From NCBI RefSeq assembly GCF_004010195.1, contig NC_057718.1, positions 2,944,306 to 3,008,305 on the forward strand: a DNA stretch of 64,000 nucleotides. Direction: 5' to 3'. Shown in pieces: positions 13,672 to 25,359 of the stretch. The notes beneath the pieces were generated by a model. It searched no databases, was not told the DNA's origin, and worked only from the letters and a program-made list of their open reading frames with translations. Position numbers and translations under genes: made by a program. How positions within the stretch are numbered: the first letter of the stretch is position 1; each line of letters opens with the position of its first letter. This DNA is from Chiloscyllium plagiosum. Its lineage: Eukaryota.

Positions 13672-14998
13672 GCTGTGGTTCTGTTCGCCGAACTGGGAAT
13701 TTGTGTTGCAGACGTTTCGTCCCCTGTCTAGGTGACATCCTCAGTGCTTGGGAGCCTCCTGTGAAGCGCTTATGTGATGTTTCCTCCGGCATTTATAGTG
13801 ATTTGTATCTGTCGCTTCCAGTTGTCAGTTCCAGCTGTCCGCTGCAGTGGCCGGTATATTGGGTCCAGGTCGATGTGCTTATTGATTGAATCTGTAGATG
13901 AGTGTCATGTCTCTAGGAATCTCATGTGATTTTGTACACTACATTGGTTTTGCTCATGCTGGGTATCAGGTCCTTCGTCCTGGTGAGTTGTTGTCTGAGA
14001 GTGGCTGTTGGTTTGTGTGCTGTTATGAGTCCTAGTGGTCGCAGTAGTCTGGCTGTCAGTTCGGAAATGCTCTTGATGTATGGTGGTGTGGCTAGTCCTT
14101 TGGGTTGCGGCATGTCCTCATTCCGTTGTCTTTCCCTTAGGCATCTGTTGATGAAATTGCGCGGGTATCCGTTTTTGGCGAATACATTGTATAGGTGTTC
14201 TTCTTCCTCTTTTTGCAGTTCTGGTGTACTGCAGTGTGTTGTGGCCCTTTTGAGCAGTGTCTTGATGCAACTTCTTTTGTGTGTGTTGGGGTGGTTGCTT
14301 TCGTAGTTTAGGACTTGGTCTGTGTGTGTGGCTTTCCTGTATACCTTTGTGGTGAATTCTCCGTTCGGTGTTCTCTGTACCATCACATCTAGGAATGGGA
14401 GTTGGTTGTCCTTGTCTTCCTCTCTAGTGAATCGGATTCCTGTGAGTGTGGCGTTGATGATCCGGTGTGTGTTCCCGATACCCAGCATGAGCAAAACCAA
14501 TGTAGTGTACAAAATCTCATGCAAGGACTGCACAAAACACTACATAGGACAAACAGGAAGACAGCTAACGATCCGCATCCATGAACACCAACTAGCCATG
14601 AAACGACATGATCAGCTATCCTTAGTAGCCACACACTCAGATGACAAGCAACATGAGTTCGACTGGGACAACACTACTATTATAGGACAAACCAAACAGA
14701 GAACAGCCAGGGAATTTCTAAAGGCATGGCACTTATCCACAGATTCAATCAATAAGCACATCGACCTGGACCCAATATACCGGCCACTGCAGCGGACAGC
14801 TGGAACTGACAACCCGAAGCGGCAGGTACAAATCACTATAAATGCCAGAGGAAAGATCACAGAAGCGCTTCACAGGAGGCTCCCAAGCACTGAAGATGTC
14901 ACGTGGACAGGGGACGAAACGTCTGCAACACAAATTCCCAGCTCGGTGAACAGAACAACAATGAGCACCTGAGCTACAAATCTTCTCCCAAACTTTGA
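13672..14998. mobile_element. Penelope-like family 1 insertion with inverted (fold-back) structure, GIY-YIG endonuclease
   Basis: Minus arm 13672-~14470 (LPFLDV, TKVYRKATHTDQVLNYESNHP), plus arm ~14470-14998 (NVVYKISCKDCTKHYIGQTGRQLTIRIHEH); TSD actacagaaa at 13659 and 14999. Confidence 0.92.
14886..14927 (+). ncRNA. Minimal type I hammerhead ribozyme motif (Penelope family 1)
   Basis: gca-CTGAAGA-t-gtc...gac-GAAAC-GTC-tgc; related copies at 13711-13744 (-) and 24095-24128 (+). Confidence 0.7.
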
Positions 14999-15319
14999 AC
15001 TACAGAAAACTTCAGAACTGAGGGATTTGGGAGTCTTCATCCATGAAGCACAAAAAAAAATCAAGTTCCATGGATAATCGGGAATGTAAATGGAAAGTTG
15101 ACCTTTACTTCAAAGAAAGTGGAGAATAAAATTTGAAATGTTTTGCCACAACTATACAAAACACTTATTATACCACAACTGGAATACTGTGAACAGTTCC
15201 TCTTAACTGAGGAAAGATGCCATGGCATTGGAAGTTGTCTAGAGAAGGATCACTGGACTGATACCCTCTCTGGAGGGACTGTCTTATGCGGAGAGGTTAT
15301 GGAGTCATATTGTTAAAAA

Positions 15320-16245
15320 GATAAACAGTAGAGAGTCAGACCCTTCAGTCCTACTAGTCCATACAAGCTAGGTTTCCAAAACTAAACTCGTTCTATTTAA
15401 ATATGTTTGGCCCATTAACCTCTAAACATTCCCCATTCATTTATCCGTCCAACTGTACCTGCATCTACCACTTATTCTGATACCTTGTTCCATCCATGCA
15501 CCACTCTCTGTTTGAAAACATTGCCCCTCAGGTTCCTTTTAAACCTCTGGTTTTGAACTCCCCTACCCTGGGGAAAAGGCATTGCTATTCACCTTATCAA
15601 ATTCCTCATGATTATAGAAACCTTCCATAAGATCACCTATCAGCATCCAAAGCTCTAGGGAAAGAAGTATCAGTGTCTCCAACCTCCCCTTTTCACACAA
15701 ACACTCTAGACCCAGTAACATCCTTGTAATTTTTTTCTGCACCCTTTCCAATTTAATAAAGTCTTTCCTATAGTGGAGCAACCAGAATTGTATGCTATAC
15801 GCCAAAAGTGGCCTTACCAATGTGCTGTACAAGCACAATATGACATCCCATCGATACTGGGGCTGCAGTCATCAGAATATAGAAGAATGAGACGTGACAT
15901 TTTTGAAATATAGAAGATTCTTTGAGGACGTGACAAGGAAGACGTGAAGAAATTATTTAAACTGTTAGATAGTCTGGGAGCAGAGGACAGAATCTCAGAA
16001 TAAGGGATTGCCCACTTAAGGAATCTTTGCTGAGATGGGAACAGAGGATTGCTGAGGCTGGATAATTCAGCATGTTTGAGTTTGAGGAATACAGATTTTT
16101 AATCAGAAAGAAAATCAAGGGAGATGTGGAAAAGGCAGAAATGTCAAGCTGAGGATAAGAGCAGCTGTAGTGTCATGGAAGGGAAGAGCAGAATTGATGG
16201 ACCGAATGGCCTCTTTCTAATACAATGTCTTCAGCTCTAATGGTC
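15320..16245. mobile_element. CR1 3' fragments (- 15320-15850; + 15850-16245)
   Basis: LYSTLVRPLLAYSIQFW ORF; CR1 tail motifs. Confidence 0.75.
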
Positions 16246-16264
16246 TTCAGGTTTGGTAGAGCCA

Positions 16265-17552
16265 ACCTCTCTCTTTGATTTGTAGATGGTGAAATCCCCA
16301 GTTTATTCCATGTTATTGTCTGTCCTTTGAATAGCTGGGAAATGGTGGGAACACAGGGGGGCGCTCTACACTCAGTGAGTGTGAGGGGGCAGCTTAGCTC
16401 AATTGGTCTCTCTCTCACACGTAGGACAGGAAGCTGTAGCTGTCAAAACTATTTCTGGAGCTTGGCTCAAAAGCTGACGTTCTGGTAGACTAAGCTTATG
16501 TCAGAGAGTGGTTTCAGATGAGATACAGTGGGTGGGTGAGGCTGGTACAAGACAGATGAGTGTGGCACCATGGCAGCAGATCACCTGGCAGGAGAGGCTA
16601 CACACAGCAGCAACAAAGAGACTCTGTCCTTGTTTCCATCAGATGTTGTGTGGAGTGCTCAGGCATCTAATTCAAAGATATAAAGATCACAAAGCACAAT
16701 GTGAAAAAGAACAGGAGATACTCTCCATCTCCTGATCATCAACATCCTTCCTTCAATTAACAGCATCACACAAAACATGAACTGCCATTCAGCACATTCA
16801 TCTTTGGAAATGTTCCTGTTTTGGAACAGACCCAGGATTCAGTGCTGTCATAGTACTGTACTTCAAACTGATTCACAGTTTGTGCAGTATTCACGATGTT
16901 TTAATGGAACAGATTAAATATTATTGATTACGGAGAATTGATGTGAGTGTCAGAATGGCTCCATTGGTGAAACTTGCTCTGAATCATCAACTTTGTGAAA
17001 ACAGGAGATTGTCTTTCAGATCCATCCAATCAAGACCCAGTGAACACACAAACTAATCTAATCCACCTAAAATACATGCCTTAATGCAGCTTGTGCCTCA
17101 ATCCAATTCTCCCAGTAAATGAATGACAGAAAAGGATGGGAGGAAAACTCCGTTTTCTGGTCTGTGTTCCCAGCCTGTGGAGCTCTGTGTCAGCTGCGTC
17201 AAACAATCCCCAGACAGTGATAAATTCTCCTTGTGACTCTCCCCTCCAGTTCTCAATGTTCAAACTTATAGAATTCACACAAACTCCATAGCAGCACAAA
17301 CCACAGAAAGGTTATTTATAGCAAGTTAAACTTCTCCAAAGCAAACACTTACCCAAAGCAACACAGAGAGACTGAGTCACAGCAAATGGAGTTCCACTGA
17401 TCATCTCAACAGACTAGTAATCCTGTTTCTCCACACAGTGTATTGTACATCCAGTTAATACATCGAATCACAATGTGTCCAGGCCAAATGCAGCTTCTTT
17501 AATCTCTTGTCTCTCAGGAGGTGAAGAAGTTAAAGTGTCAGTAAAGGGAAGC
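16265..17552 (-). repeat. Inverted segmental duplication copy 1 (promoter + leader + intron 1)
   Basis: Reverse complement aligns colinearly with 61796-63325, e.g. gagatgatcagtggaact, gtaagtgtttgctttggagaa, tggaataaactggggatttcaccatctaca. Confidence 0.88.
17353..17404 (-). CDS. Leader exon of a paralogous Ig receptor (unit A; no downstream V exon found in window, possibly pseudogenic)
   Basis: 52-nt ATG exon MISGTPFAVTQSLCVAL+G|gtaagt, phase 1; homologous to the 61944-61995 exon but less hydrophobic. Confidence 0.6.
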
Positions 17553-18099
17553 ATTTACAATAAAACAATCACTGCTCTCTTTTGAGAGAGGATATTTTTG
17601 GCTGGGTTTTCTGAATGTGGCTCTGTGAGGTTTATTCAAGTGTGACGTTAATTATGTATTGCGTGAAATTTCCTCACAATCAGTCACTTTAACATTGAGA
17701 AGTCACACACTTGCTGCAACTCCGTAAATTGTCAAACTATTTATTTAAAACTGCTGGGCCAAAACCCCTCTGCTTCATAACAACAACTGCCATTTATGTA
17801 GCAGTGGTAGTGAGTAAAATAATGACAAATCCTTAAACGTGTAATAAATTTTATCACCAATTGAGGAATGAGACCTGAAGACAAAAAAAAAAACCCAAGA
17901 ATGAACAAAAAAGTAAAAATTGCTGGAGATACACAGTACATCTGGTAGCATCTGTGGGGAGATAAACATGGTTAAAATTTCCAGTCCAGTGTGATTGATT
18001 CAGAAACTTGATCAAATGGTTAGGTCTGACACAGAGTCTGAAAGGGGAGGAGATGATGGGAAGTGGGATGGGTTAAACTAGAGAATCCCCAAAAATAGA

Positions 18100-21000
18100 C
18101 CCAGGGATCACAATGTGTGATTATCTCTTGGCCATGGTTGTGGGACATTGGGACCGGTTCTGGGGAAAGTGGGGCTATTACAAAATTAGATAGGCTACAC
18201 CTGAACCAGACTGGAACTAATGTCCTTGGGGAGTTTTTGCTCCTGCTGTTGGGGAGATTTTAAACTATTGTGGCAGGGGGCAGGGAACTAGAAGAAAAGA
18301 CAAGTAGACAGTGAGGTGGAAACTAGAGACTGTAAGGATCATGAAGTTAGCATTACCAAGGAAAAGAGTAGGCAGAAAGCAGATAAATGCAAAAGAACTG
18401 GTGGCCTGAAGTGCATATACTTTAATGCAAGGAGTATAGTGGGTAAGGCAGATGAACGTAGGGCTTGGATTGGTGCGTGGAAGTATGTCATTATTGCAAT
18501 CATAGAGACTTGGTTAAAGGAAGGGCCTGATTGGCAACTAAATGTTCCAGGATATAGATGCTTCATACAGGGCAGGGAGGGAAGTAAAAGGCGGGGAGTA
18601 GTTGCATTGTTGGTCAGGGACAATATCACGGCTGTGCTAAAGGAGGACACTATGGAGGGCTTGAGCAATGAGACATTATGGGTAGTGTTGAGAAATACGA
18701 AGGATGCAGTTACATTGTTGGGGTTGTACTACAAGCCTCCCAACAGTGAGCGTAAGATAGAAGAACAAATAGGCAAACAGACTATGGAAAGATGTAGACG
18801 CAACAGGGTGGTAGTGATGGGAGGTTTCAATTTTCCCAACGTTTACTGGGATATACTTAGTGTCAGAGGTCTGGATGGGGCAGAATTTGTAAGGAGCATC
18901 CAGGAAAGTTTTCTAGAGCAGTATGTCAATAATTCAAAGAAGGAAGGGGCCACATTGGACCTGGTGTTGGGGAATGAGCCAGGCCAGGTGGTACAAGTTG
19001 CAGTGGGGGAATTCTTTGGGAATAATGACCACAATTCTGTAAGTTTTAGAATACCAGTAGACAAAGATGAGAGCGGTCCCAAAGGGAAGATTATGGAACA
19101 ACCCCAAGACCAATTATATGAAAATTTGGCAGGAGCTGGGAAATGTGGATAGGGAGCAGCTATTTGAAGGGAAGTCAACACTTGATATGTGGAAGGCTTT
19201 CAGAGATAGGTTGAAAATATAGGTTGCAGGATAGGCATGTCCATTTGAAAACAAGGGATAGGAAAGGCAAGATTCATGAACCGTAGATGATAGAAGAAAT
19301 CATGCAACTAGCCAAGAGGCAAAGGGAAGCATACGTAAGGTCCAGGCAGCTAAGAACAGAACAGGCCTTGGAGGAATATCAGGAGAGTAGGACCAATCTT
19401 AAACAAGGATTCAAGCAGGCTATTAGGGGTCATGAAATAACTTTAGCGAGCAGAATTAAGAAAATCACCAAACATTTTATTCATATATAAGAAGCAAGAT
19501 GGTAACTAGAGAAAGGGTTGGTACACTAAAGAATAAGGAAGAAAGGTTGCATCTCGAACCTGAGAAAATGGGTGAGATTCTCAATGATTACTTTGCTTCA
19601 ATGTTCACTGAGGAGAGGAACATGTAGAATGTTGAGATTAGAGATAGAAGTTTGTTTACTCTGGATCACATTGACATAAGGAGGGAAGATGTGTTGGGTA
19701 GGCTAAAGCTTATTAAGGAGCAGGAGAATCAACGTTTCGGGCATAAGCCTTCCTGAAGAAGGGCTTACGCCTGAAACATCGATTCTCCTGCTCCTTGGAT
19801 GCTGCCTGACCTGCTGCACTTTTCCAGAAACACATTTTTCAGCTCTGAGCTCCAGCATCTGCAGTCCTCACTTTCTCCTAAAGCATATTAAGGTCGACAA
19901 ACCCCAGGATCAGAAGGAATCTCTCCTAGTTTGCTGAGCGAGGCGAGAGAGGAAATAGCTGGGGCCCTGACAGATATCTTTATAACATCCTTAAAACATA
20001 GGTGAGGTGCCAGAGGACTGGAGAGTTGCTAATGTTGTCACCCTGTACAATAAGAGTAGTAGGGATATTTCAGGTAACTAAAGATCAGTGAGCCTGACGT
20101 CAGTGGTGGGAAAATTGCTGGAGAAGCTACTGAGGGATAAAATCAATTTATATTTAGAAAAGAATGGACTTATCAGTGATAGGAAACATGGTTTTGTGCA
20201 GGGGACATCATGTCTTACCAACTTAATAGAGGTCTTTGAGGAAGTGACCAAGTTGGTAGATGAAGGAAGGGCTGTAGATGTCATATACATGGATGTTAGT
20301 AAGGCATTTAATAAGGTTCCCCATGATAAACTAATGGAAAAAGTGAAATGCAGAGTGTTCTAGCTAAGTGGATAAGTAACTGGTTGAGCAACAGGAGACA
20401 GAGAGTAGTAGTTGAACAGAATTTCTCAAAATGGAGAAAGGTGACCAGCGGTGTTCCACCGGCATCAGTGCTGGGTCCTCTGTTGTTTATAATATACATA
20501 AATTATCTGGAAGAGGGCATTGTTCGTTTGATCAGTAAATTTGCAGATGACACAAAGATTGGTGGAGTAGCAGAAAGCATAGGGGACAGTCGAAGAATAC
20601 AGGAGAATATAGACTGAAGAGTTGGGCAGAGAAGTGGCAGATGGAGTTCAATCCAGGCAAATGTGAGGTGATGCATTTTGGGAAGTGTAATTCTGGAGTG
20701 AACTATACTGTAAATGGAAGGACTTTGGAAAAAGTTAATGAGCAGAAGGATCTGGGAGTTCAGATCCATTGTACTCTGAAGGTGGCTGCACAGGTGGACA
20801 GAGTGGTCAAGAAGGCATATGGTATGCTTGCCTTCAACGGATATTGAGTATAAGAGCTGGCAAGTCATGTTAACATTGTACAAGACTTTGGTTCGGTTGC
20901 ATTTAAAATACTGTGTACAGTTCTGTGTACATTACCAAAAGAATGTGGACGTTTTGGAGAGGGTGCAGAGAAGTTTTATGAGGATATTGCCTGGTATGGA

Positions 21001-21458
21001 AAGTGCTAGCAATGAAGAAGGTTGAGTTGGTTAGGCTTGTTTTCATTAGAAAAAAGGAGATTGAGGGAGGACCTGATTGAGGTCTGCAAAATCATGAAGG
21101 GTATAGACAGGATGGATAGAGATACGCTTTTTTCTCAGGGTGAGGGATTCAATAACAAGAGGTTATGCATTCAAGGTGAGAGGTGAAAAGTTTAAGGGTG
21201 ATGCATACAGAAGATACTTTACACAGAGGGTGGTAGGTGCCTGAAATGTGTTGGCAGCAGAGGTAGTAGAGGCAGGCACGGTAGATTCATTTAAGGTGAG
21301 TCTGGACACATGCATGTGTAGGTGGGGAGAAGAGTGATACAGATTCTTAGGAATTGGGCGATAGGTGCAGACAGTGGATTTGGATTGACTCAGGCCTGAA
21401 GGGCCGAAGGGCCTGTTCCAGGTTGTCAATTTTCTTTGTTCTTTGTTCTTTTTTGTTC
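18100..21458 (+). mobile_element. Long decayed CR1 LINE (APE + RT)
   Basis: 278-aa APE ORF (CIYFNARS, IIETW, MGGFN, LDLVL, NDH); RT motifs YMDVSKAF, SKFADDTK; (TTCTTTG)n tail. Confidence 0.92.
19719..19877. mobile_element. Fold-back mini-Penelope (family 2) with hammerhead motif
   Basis: Short inverted arms; TSD ctaaagc[t/a]tattaagg at 19703 and 19878. Confidence 0.85.
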
Positions 21459-21859
21459 AATCATTGTGGTCTCAGTTGGAGAACAACAAGCAGAACACAG
21501 GATTAGTTTAATACGGAGCCAGCCCCATACATTGAAATTCCTTCTCAGCATCCTGTGGTAGCTGTACCACAGGGTGGGATTTGATCCCTGACCTTGAGGT
21601 CTACAGTTAGAGACACTGCCAGTGAACCACAGCTCCCTGATCCTGATATTGGTTACACATCTCATGGGCATCAGCTTCTCTCAAACAAATGGCTTGAACC
21701 ATTTGTCATTTATGTTGCTTTTCATTCCAAGGCTGTTGTTGATAGCACATGAATACACGATGGGTTAGGGTGATGTGGGAGGGGAAAACTTTGTCACCTC
21801 AAATGTGCAAAAGCTGCGAGCAGTTCCTGGTAAGACGTTTCAGTTAATTCACTCAAGAA

Positions 21860-22220
21860 CACAGCACACAGTTTAATGGTTAGGTAGTTAGATTTTTATT
21901 CGGAAACTGATTATATCAGCGAAATCGAGTACAATTAAAAATATCTGCTGAACTCACTCTGTCAAAAATAATCGACAAAAATATAAACAAGATGTAAACA
22001 CCCAAACCACAAGCAACTGTTGTTCCCTGTTATTCTGATGTCATTTGCCAGTCTCTATCTGCAACAGTTGAAAGCCACATTAGGTCAAAAAATGGAAACC
22101 GATATTTGGATTGGCTCAAATCTGATTAAATTTGCAGTTTTATAGTGCCTTTAACTCTGGAAACCTTTTCAGGGTTTCTCACATGGAATCACACGGGGAG
22201 ATATTAGTCTGGGTGACATT
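21860..22220 (-). repeat. Duplicated block with candidate terminal exon and polyA signal (copy 1)
   Basis: ttgcag|ATAGAGACTGGCAAATGA (22058-22041; IETGK-stop in phase 0), AATAAA at 21895-21900 (minus strand) then a GT-rich tract; homologous to 31595-31965. Confidence 0.6.
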
Positions 22221-22229
22221 GCACAATGG

Positions 22230-22455
22230 TAGCTGAGATGAGGAGGAATTTCATCAGCCAGAGGGTAATGAATCTGTGGAACTTATTATGCTGAAGGCTG
22301 TGGAGGACAAGTAATTGAGTGTATTTCAGACAGAGATAGATACGTTCTGGTTTAGTTAGGAGATCAAGGATTATTAGGTGTGGTCATGGGTGAACTGTGG
22401 AGCAGGCTCAATGGGCCGAATAGCCTAATTCTGCTCCTTTATCTTACAGTCTTAC
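22230..22455 (+). mobile_element. CR1 3' end
   Basis: cagagggtaatgaatctgtggaa and aatgggccgaatagcctaattctgctcc tail motifs. Confidence 0.75.
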
Positions 22456-22479
22456 AGATTAGACTGAAGGGCAGGAATT

Positions 22480-22600
22480 GTTTGGGTGTAGCCCACACAT
22501 TTCAGGTAAAGACTGCAGTGTTACTGGGTTATACGTTTGTAATGGTCAGAATGAAGCTGTTCTAGGAGGTCTCTTTGGAAGGTGGAAATGAAGCAGGAAA
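22480..22600 (-). pseudogene. 3' fragment of another paralogous V exon
   Basis: Minus strand reads KETS*NSFILTITNV*PSNTAVFT*NVWAT, the E-F strands of this V family with three in-frame stops, one at the conserved Cys position. Confidence 0.75.
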
Positions 22601-23190
22601 TCTGTTTTTTTTTCTCCTTAATGTCTCATTCCTTGATTGGTGACAAAATTTGCTCATTTTCCCCAGCTGTGAAAATATTTGCCATAATTTTGCTGAGTAC
22701 ACTCTGCTATATAAATGCCAGTTGTTGCTATTAAAAAAGGTTTTGGCCCAGTGTTTTTATCTGTTGAATTATTTCTGGAATGAGCTATCACCTTGTCCTT
22801 TCTTTTCCTGGGCAGCTGCCGTTACCAATGAATGATCATATCTTGAAGTTTGGTGTTCAATATTTGTGAGAAGATTTGTAGCTCGGGTGATCGTTGTTGT
22901 GGTTCTGTTTGCCGAGCTGGGAATTTGTGTTGCAGACGCTTCGTCCCCTGTCTAGGTGACATCCTCAGTGCTTGGGAGCCTCCTGTGAAGCGCTTCTGTG
23001 ATCTTTCCTCCGGCATTTGTAGTGGTTTGAATCTGCCGCTTCCGGTTGTCAGTTCCAGCTGTCCGTTGCAGTGGTCGGTATATTGGGTCCAGGTCGATGT
23101 GCTTATTGATTGAATCTGTGGATGAGTGCCATGCCTCTAGGAATTCCCTGGCTGTTCTCTGTTTGGCTTGTCCTATAATAGTAGTGTTGT

Positions 23191-23283
23191 TCCTAGACTA
23201 GAACAGCTTCATTCTGACCATTACAAACGTATAACCCAGTAACACTGCAGTCTTTACCTGAAATGTGTGGGCTACACCCAAAC
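23191..23283 (+). other. Inverted templated copy of V-exon fragment 22480-22567 inserted in a Penelope element
   Basis: Identical to the reverse complement of 22480-22567 apart from an extra ctaga; replaces about 8 bp of Penelope sequence between gtgttgt and aactcatg. Confidence 0.9.
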
Positions 23284-23688
23284 TCATGTTGCTTGTCATC
23301 TGCGTGTGTGGCTACTAAGGATAGCTGGTCGTGTCGTTTCGTGGCTAGTTGGTGTTCATGGATGTGGATCGTTAGCTGTCTTCCTGTTTGTCCTATCTAG
23401 TGTTTTGTGTAGTCCTTGCATGGGATTTTGTACACTCCATTGGTTTTGCTCTTGCTTGGTATCGGGTCCTTCGTTCTGGTGAGTTGTTGTCTGAGAGTGG
23501 CTGTTGGATTGTGTGCTGTTATGAGTCCTAGTGATTGTAGTTGTCTGGCTGTTAGTTCAGAAATGCTCTTGATGTATGGTAGTGTGGCTAGTCCTTTGGG
23601 TTGTGGCATGTCCTCGTTCCGTTGTCTTTCCCTTAGGCATCTGTTGATGAAATTGTGCGGGTATCCGTTTTTGGCGAATACATTGTAT

Positions 23689-23856
23689 NNNNNNNNNNNN
23701 NNNNNNNNNNNNNNNNNNNNNNNNNNNNNNNNNNNNNNNNNNNNNNNNNNNNNNNNNNNNNNNNNNNNNNNNNNNNNNNNNNNNNNNNNNNNNNNNNNNN
23801 NNNNNNNNNNNNNNNNNNNNNNNNNNNNNNNNNNNNNNNNNNNNNNNNNNNNNNNN
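23689..23856. other. Assembly gap
   Basis: N run. Confidence 1.
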
Positions 23857-24672
23857 TCTAGGTGACATCCTCAGTGCTTGGGGGCCTCCTGTGAAGCGCT
23901 TCTGTGATGTTTCGTCCGGCATTTGTAGTGGTTTGAATCTGCCGCTTCCGGTTGTCGATAAGCACATCGACTGGACCCAATATACCGACCATTGCAACGG
24001 ACAGCTGGAACTGACAACCGGAAGCGGCAGATTCAAACCACTACAAATGCCGGAGGAAAGATCACAGAAGCGCTTCACAGGAGGCTCCCAAGCACTGAGG
24101 ATGTCACCTAGACAGGGGATGAAACGTCTGCAACACAAATTCTCAGCTCGGCGAACAGAACCACAACAATATAACCAATAAATTATTTGATTATCTTTGC
24201 ATGATTGAGAAGGCAGAGAGGATAAAGGGTCAGTGATAACAGTAAAGCATAGGAAGCCAGTATTGAATTGAACTGAATTATCTTTATTGTCATTGTCTTT
24301 ATTGTCACCACTCTCTCCGTGAAGACATTTCTCCTCAAGGACTTTGAGATGGACAAACAGTGCTAGCCCTGCTAGTGATGGCCATGTCCCAAGAATAAAT
24401 GTAACAAAACTGTACAGAGACTGGAGAATGTTAAATATAACACTGAGAACAAATGAGATAGAGAAGCAGAAAGACAGAGAAGATAAAGAGTTTGAGGAAC
24501 TGGTGCAAGAAAAGAAATAGTTTATTCTATCAGTTAAACAAGAGAAGGTAACTTCTGTTTTCATGTCAACTCTCTGCTTTCTCTTTAGCAGAGGAATTTA
24601 ACATATTCTCTCTAATAAATTCATGTGGAAGTGGTTACTGTATCAGATTATTGTAAGCTGAGCAGGATTTAC

Positions 24673-25015
24673 CCATTACAGTCAATCGGGTGCCATTCCT
24701 ACTGATAGCTCTCCATTCTTTACAGTAATAGACCCCAGCATCCATTGGGCTGCTCATTTGCGATGGTCAGAATGAAGCTGTTATTGGAGGGTCTGTGAAG
24801 ACTGAAATTACTCAATAAGTTTGGGCTCCATTGTGTGATGTTCCTCATGTCATGTGTTAAGCCCACTCCGTGTTAGTCCCTGGTTGTTCCCGGTGCCAGT
24901 GAACATCGGTGTATATCATTTGCGGCATTCCTCATGGTACACTGCCACCAGGTAGTGTGGCCCTTGGTGGCATGTTCCAGTCTCAGAGACTGCAGAAGGA
25001 CTGGGACAGCTACAC
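24673..25015 (-). pseudogene. Frameshifted paralogous Ig V exon (unit B)
   Basis: Acceptor tttttctcttaaag, donor G|gtaaat. With frameshifts it reads GVAVPVLLQSLRLEHATKGHTTWWQCTMRNA..YTDVHWHREQPGTNTEW..LTHDMRNITQWSPN..PSNNSFILTIANEQP..DAGVYYCKEWRAISRNGTRLTV, clearly similar to the 49774-50109 exon. Confidence 0.88.
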
Positions 25016-25359
25016 CTTTAAGAGAAAAAGTTTGAATGGATTAAAATTAGTCTGAACTTCCTGAAGAACTCCAAGTTAGGGTTATAAAGAAAGGGCAGAT
25101 TGTAAGAATGAATTAGTGTGGTTAATTATTTCAATAAAGCAAAACATTTTCAAAGTGAAACAAAAATCAAAATTGCTGGAAAAGCTCAGCAGGTCTGGCA
25201 GCATCTGTGAAGAGAAATCAGAGTTAAATGTTCGAGTCTGGTGACCTTTCTCAGAACCTAAGGTTAGATGGATGTCAATTCAAGCCTCCGTGCACTGACT
25301 TGAGCACAGATTTTGGGCTGACCCTCCAGGGCAGTACTAAGGGAGTGCTGCCCTCTAAA

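Larger units (their letters stand above)
13230..15300 (+). mobile_element. CR1 RT fragment interrupted by a Penelope insertion
   Basis: GEAVDVIFRDFQSAF; CR1 resumes after 15000. Confidence 0.7.
22845..24172. mobile_element. Penelope-like family 1 with tandem/inverted pLTRs, spanning an assembly gap
   Basis: Near-identical to 13672-14998; minus copy 22845-23688, partial pLTR after the gap, inverted arm ~23955-24172. Confidence 0.88.

Noticed and set aside
22041-22058. Resemblance of ATAGAGAC.. to the last coding exon of beta-2-microglobulin
   Set aside because: Only about 8 nt are similar and no C1-domain exon is nearby.
23557-24564. 335-aa ORF
   Set aside because: Artefact spanning an N gap and antisense Penelope sequence.
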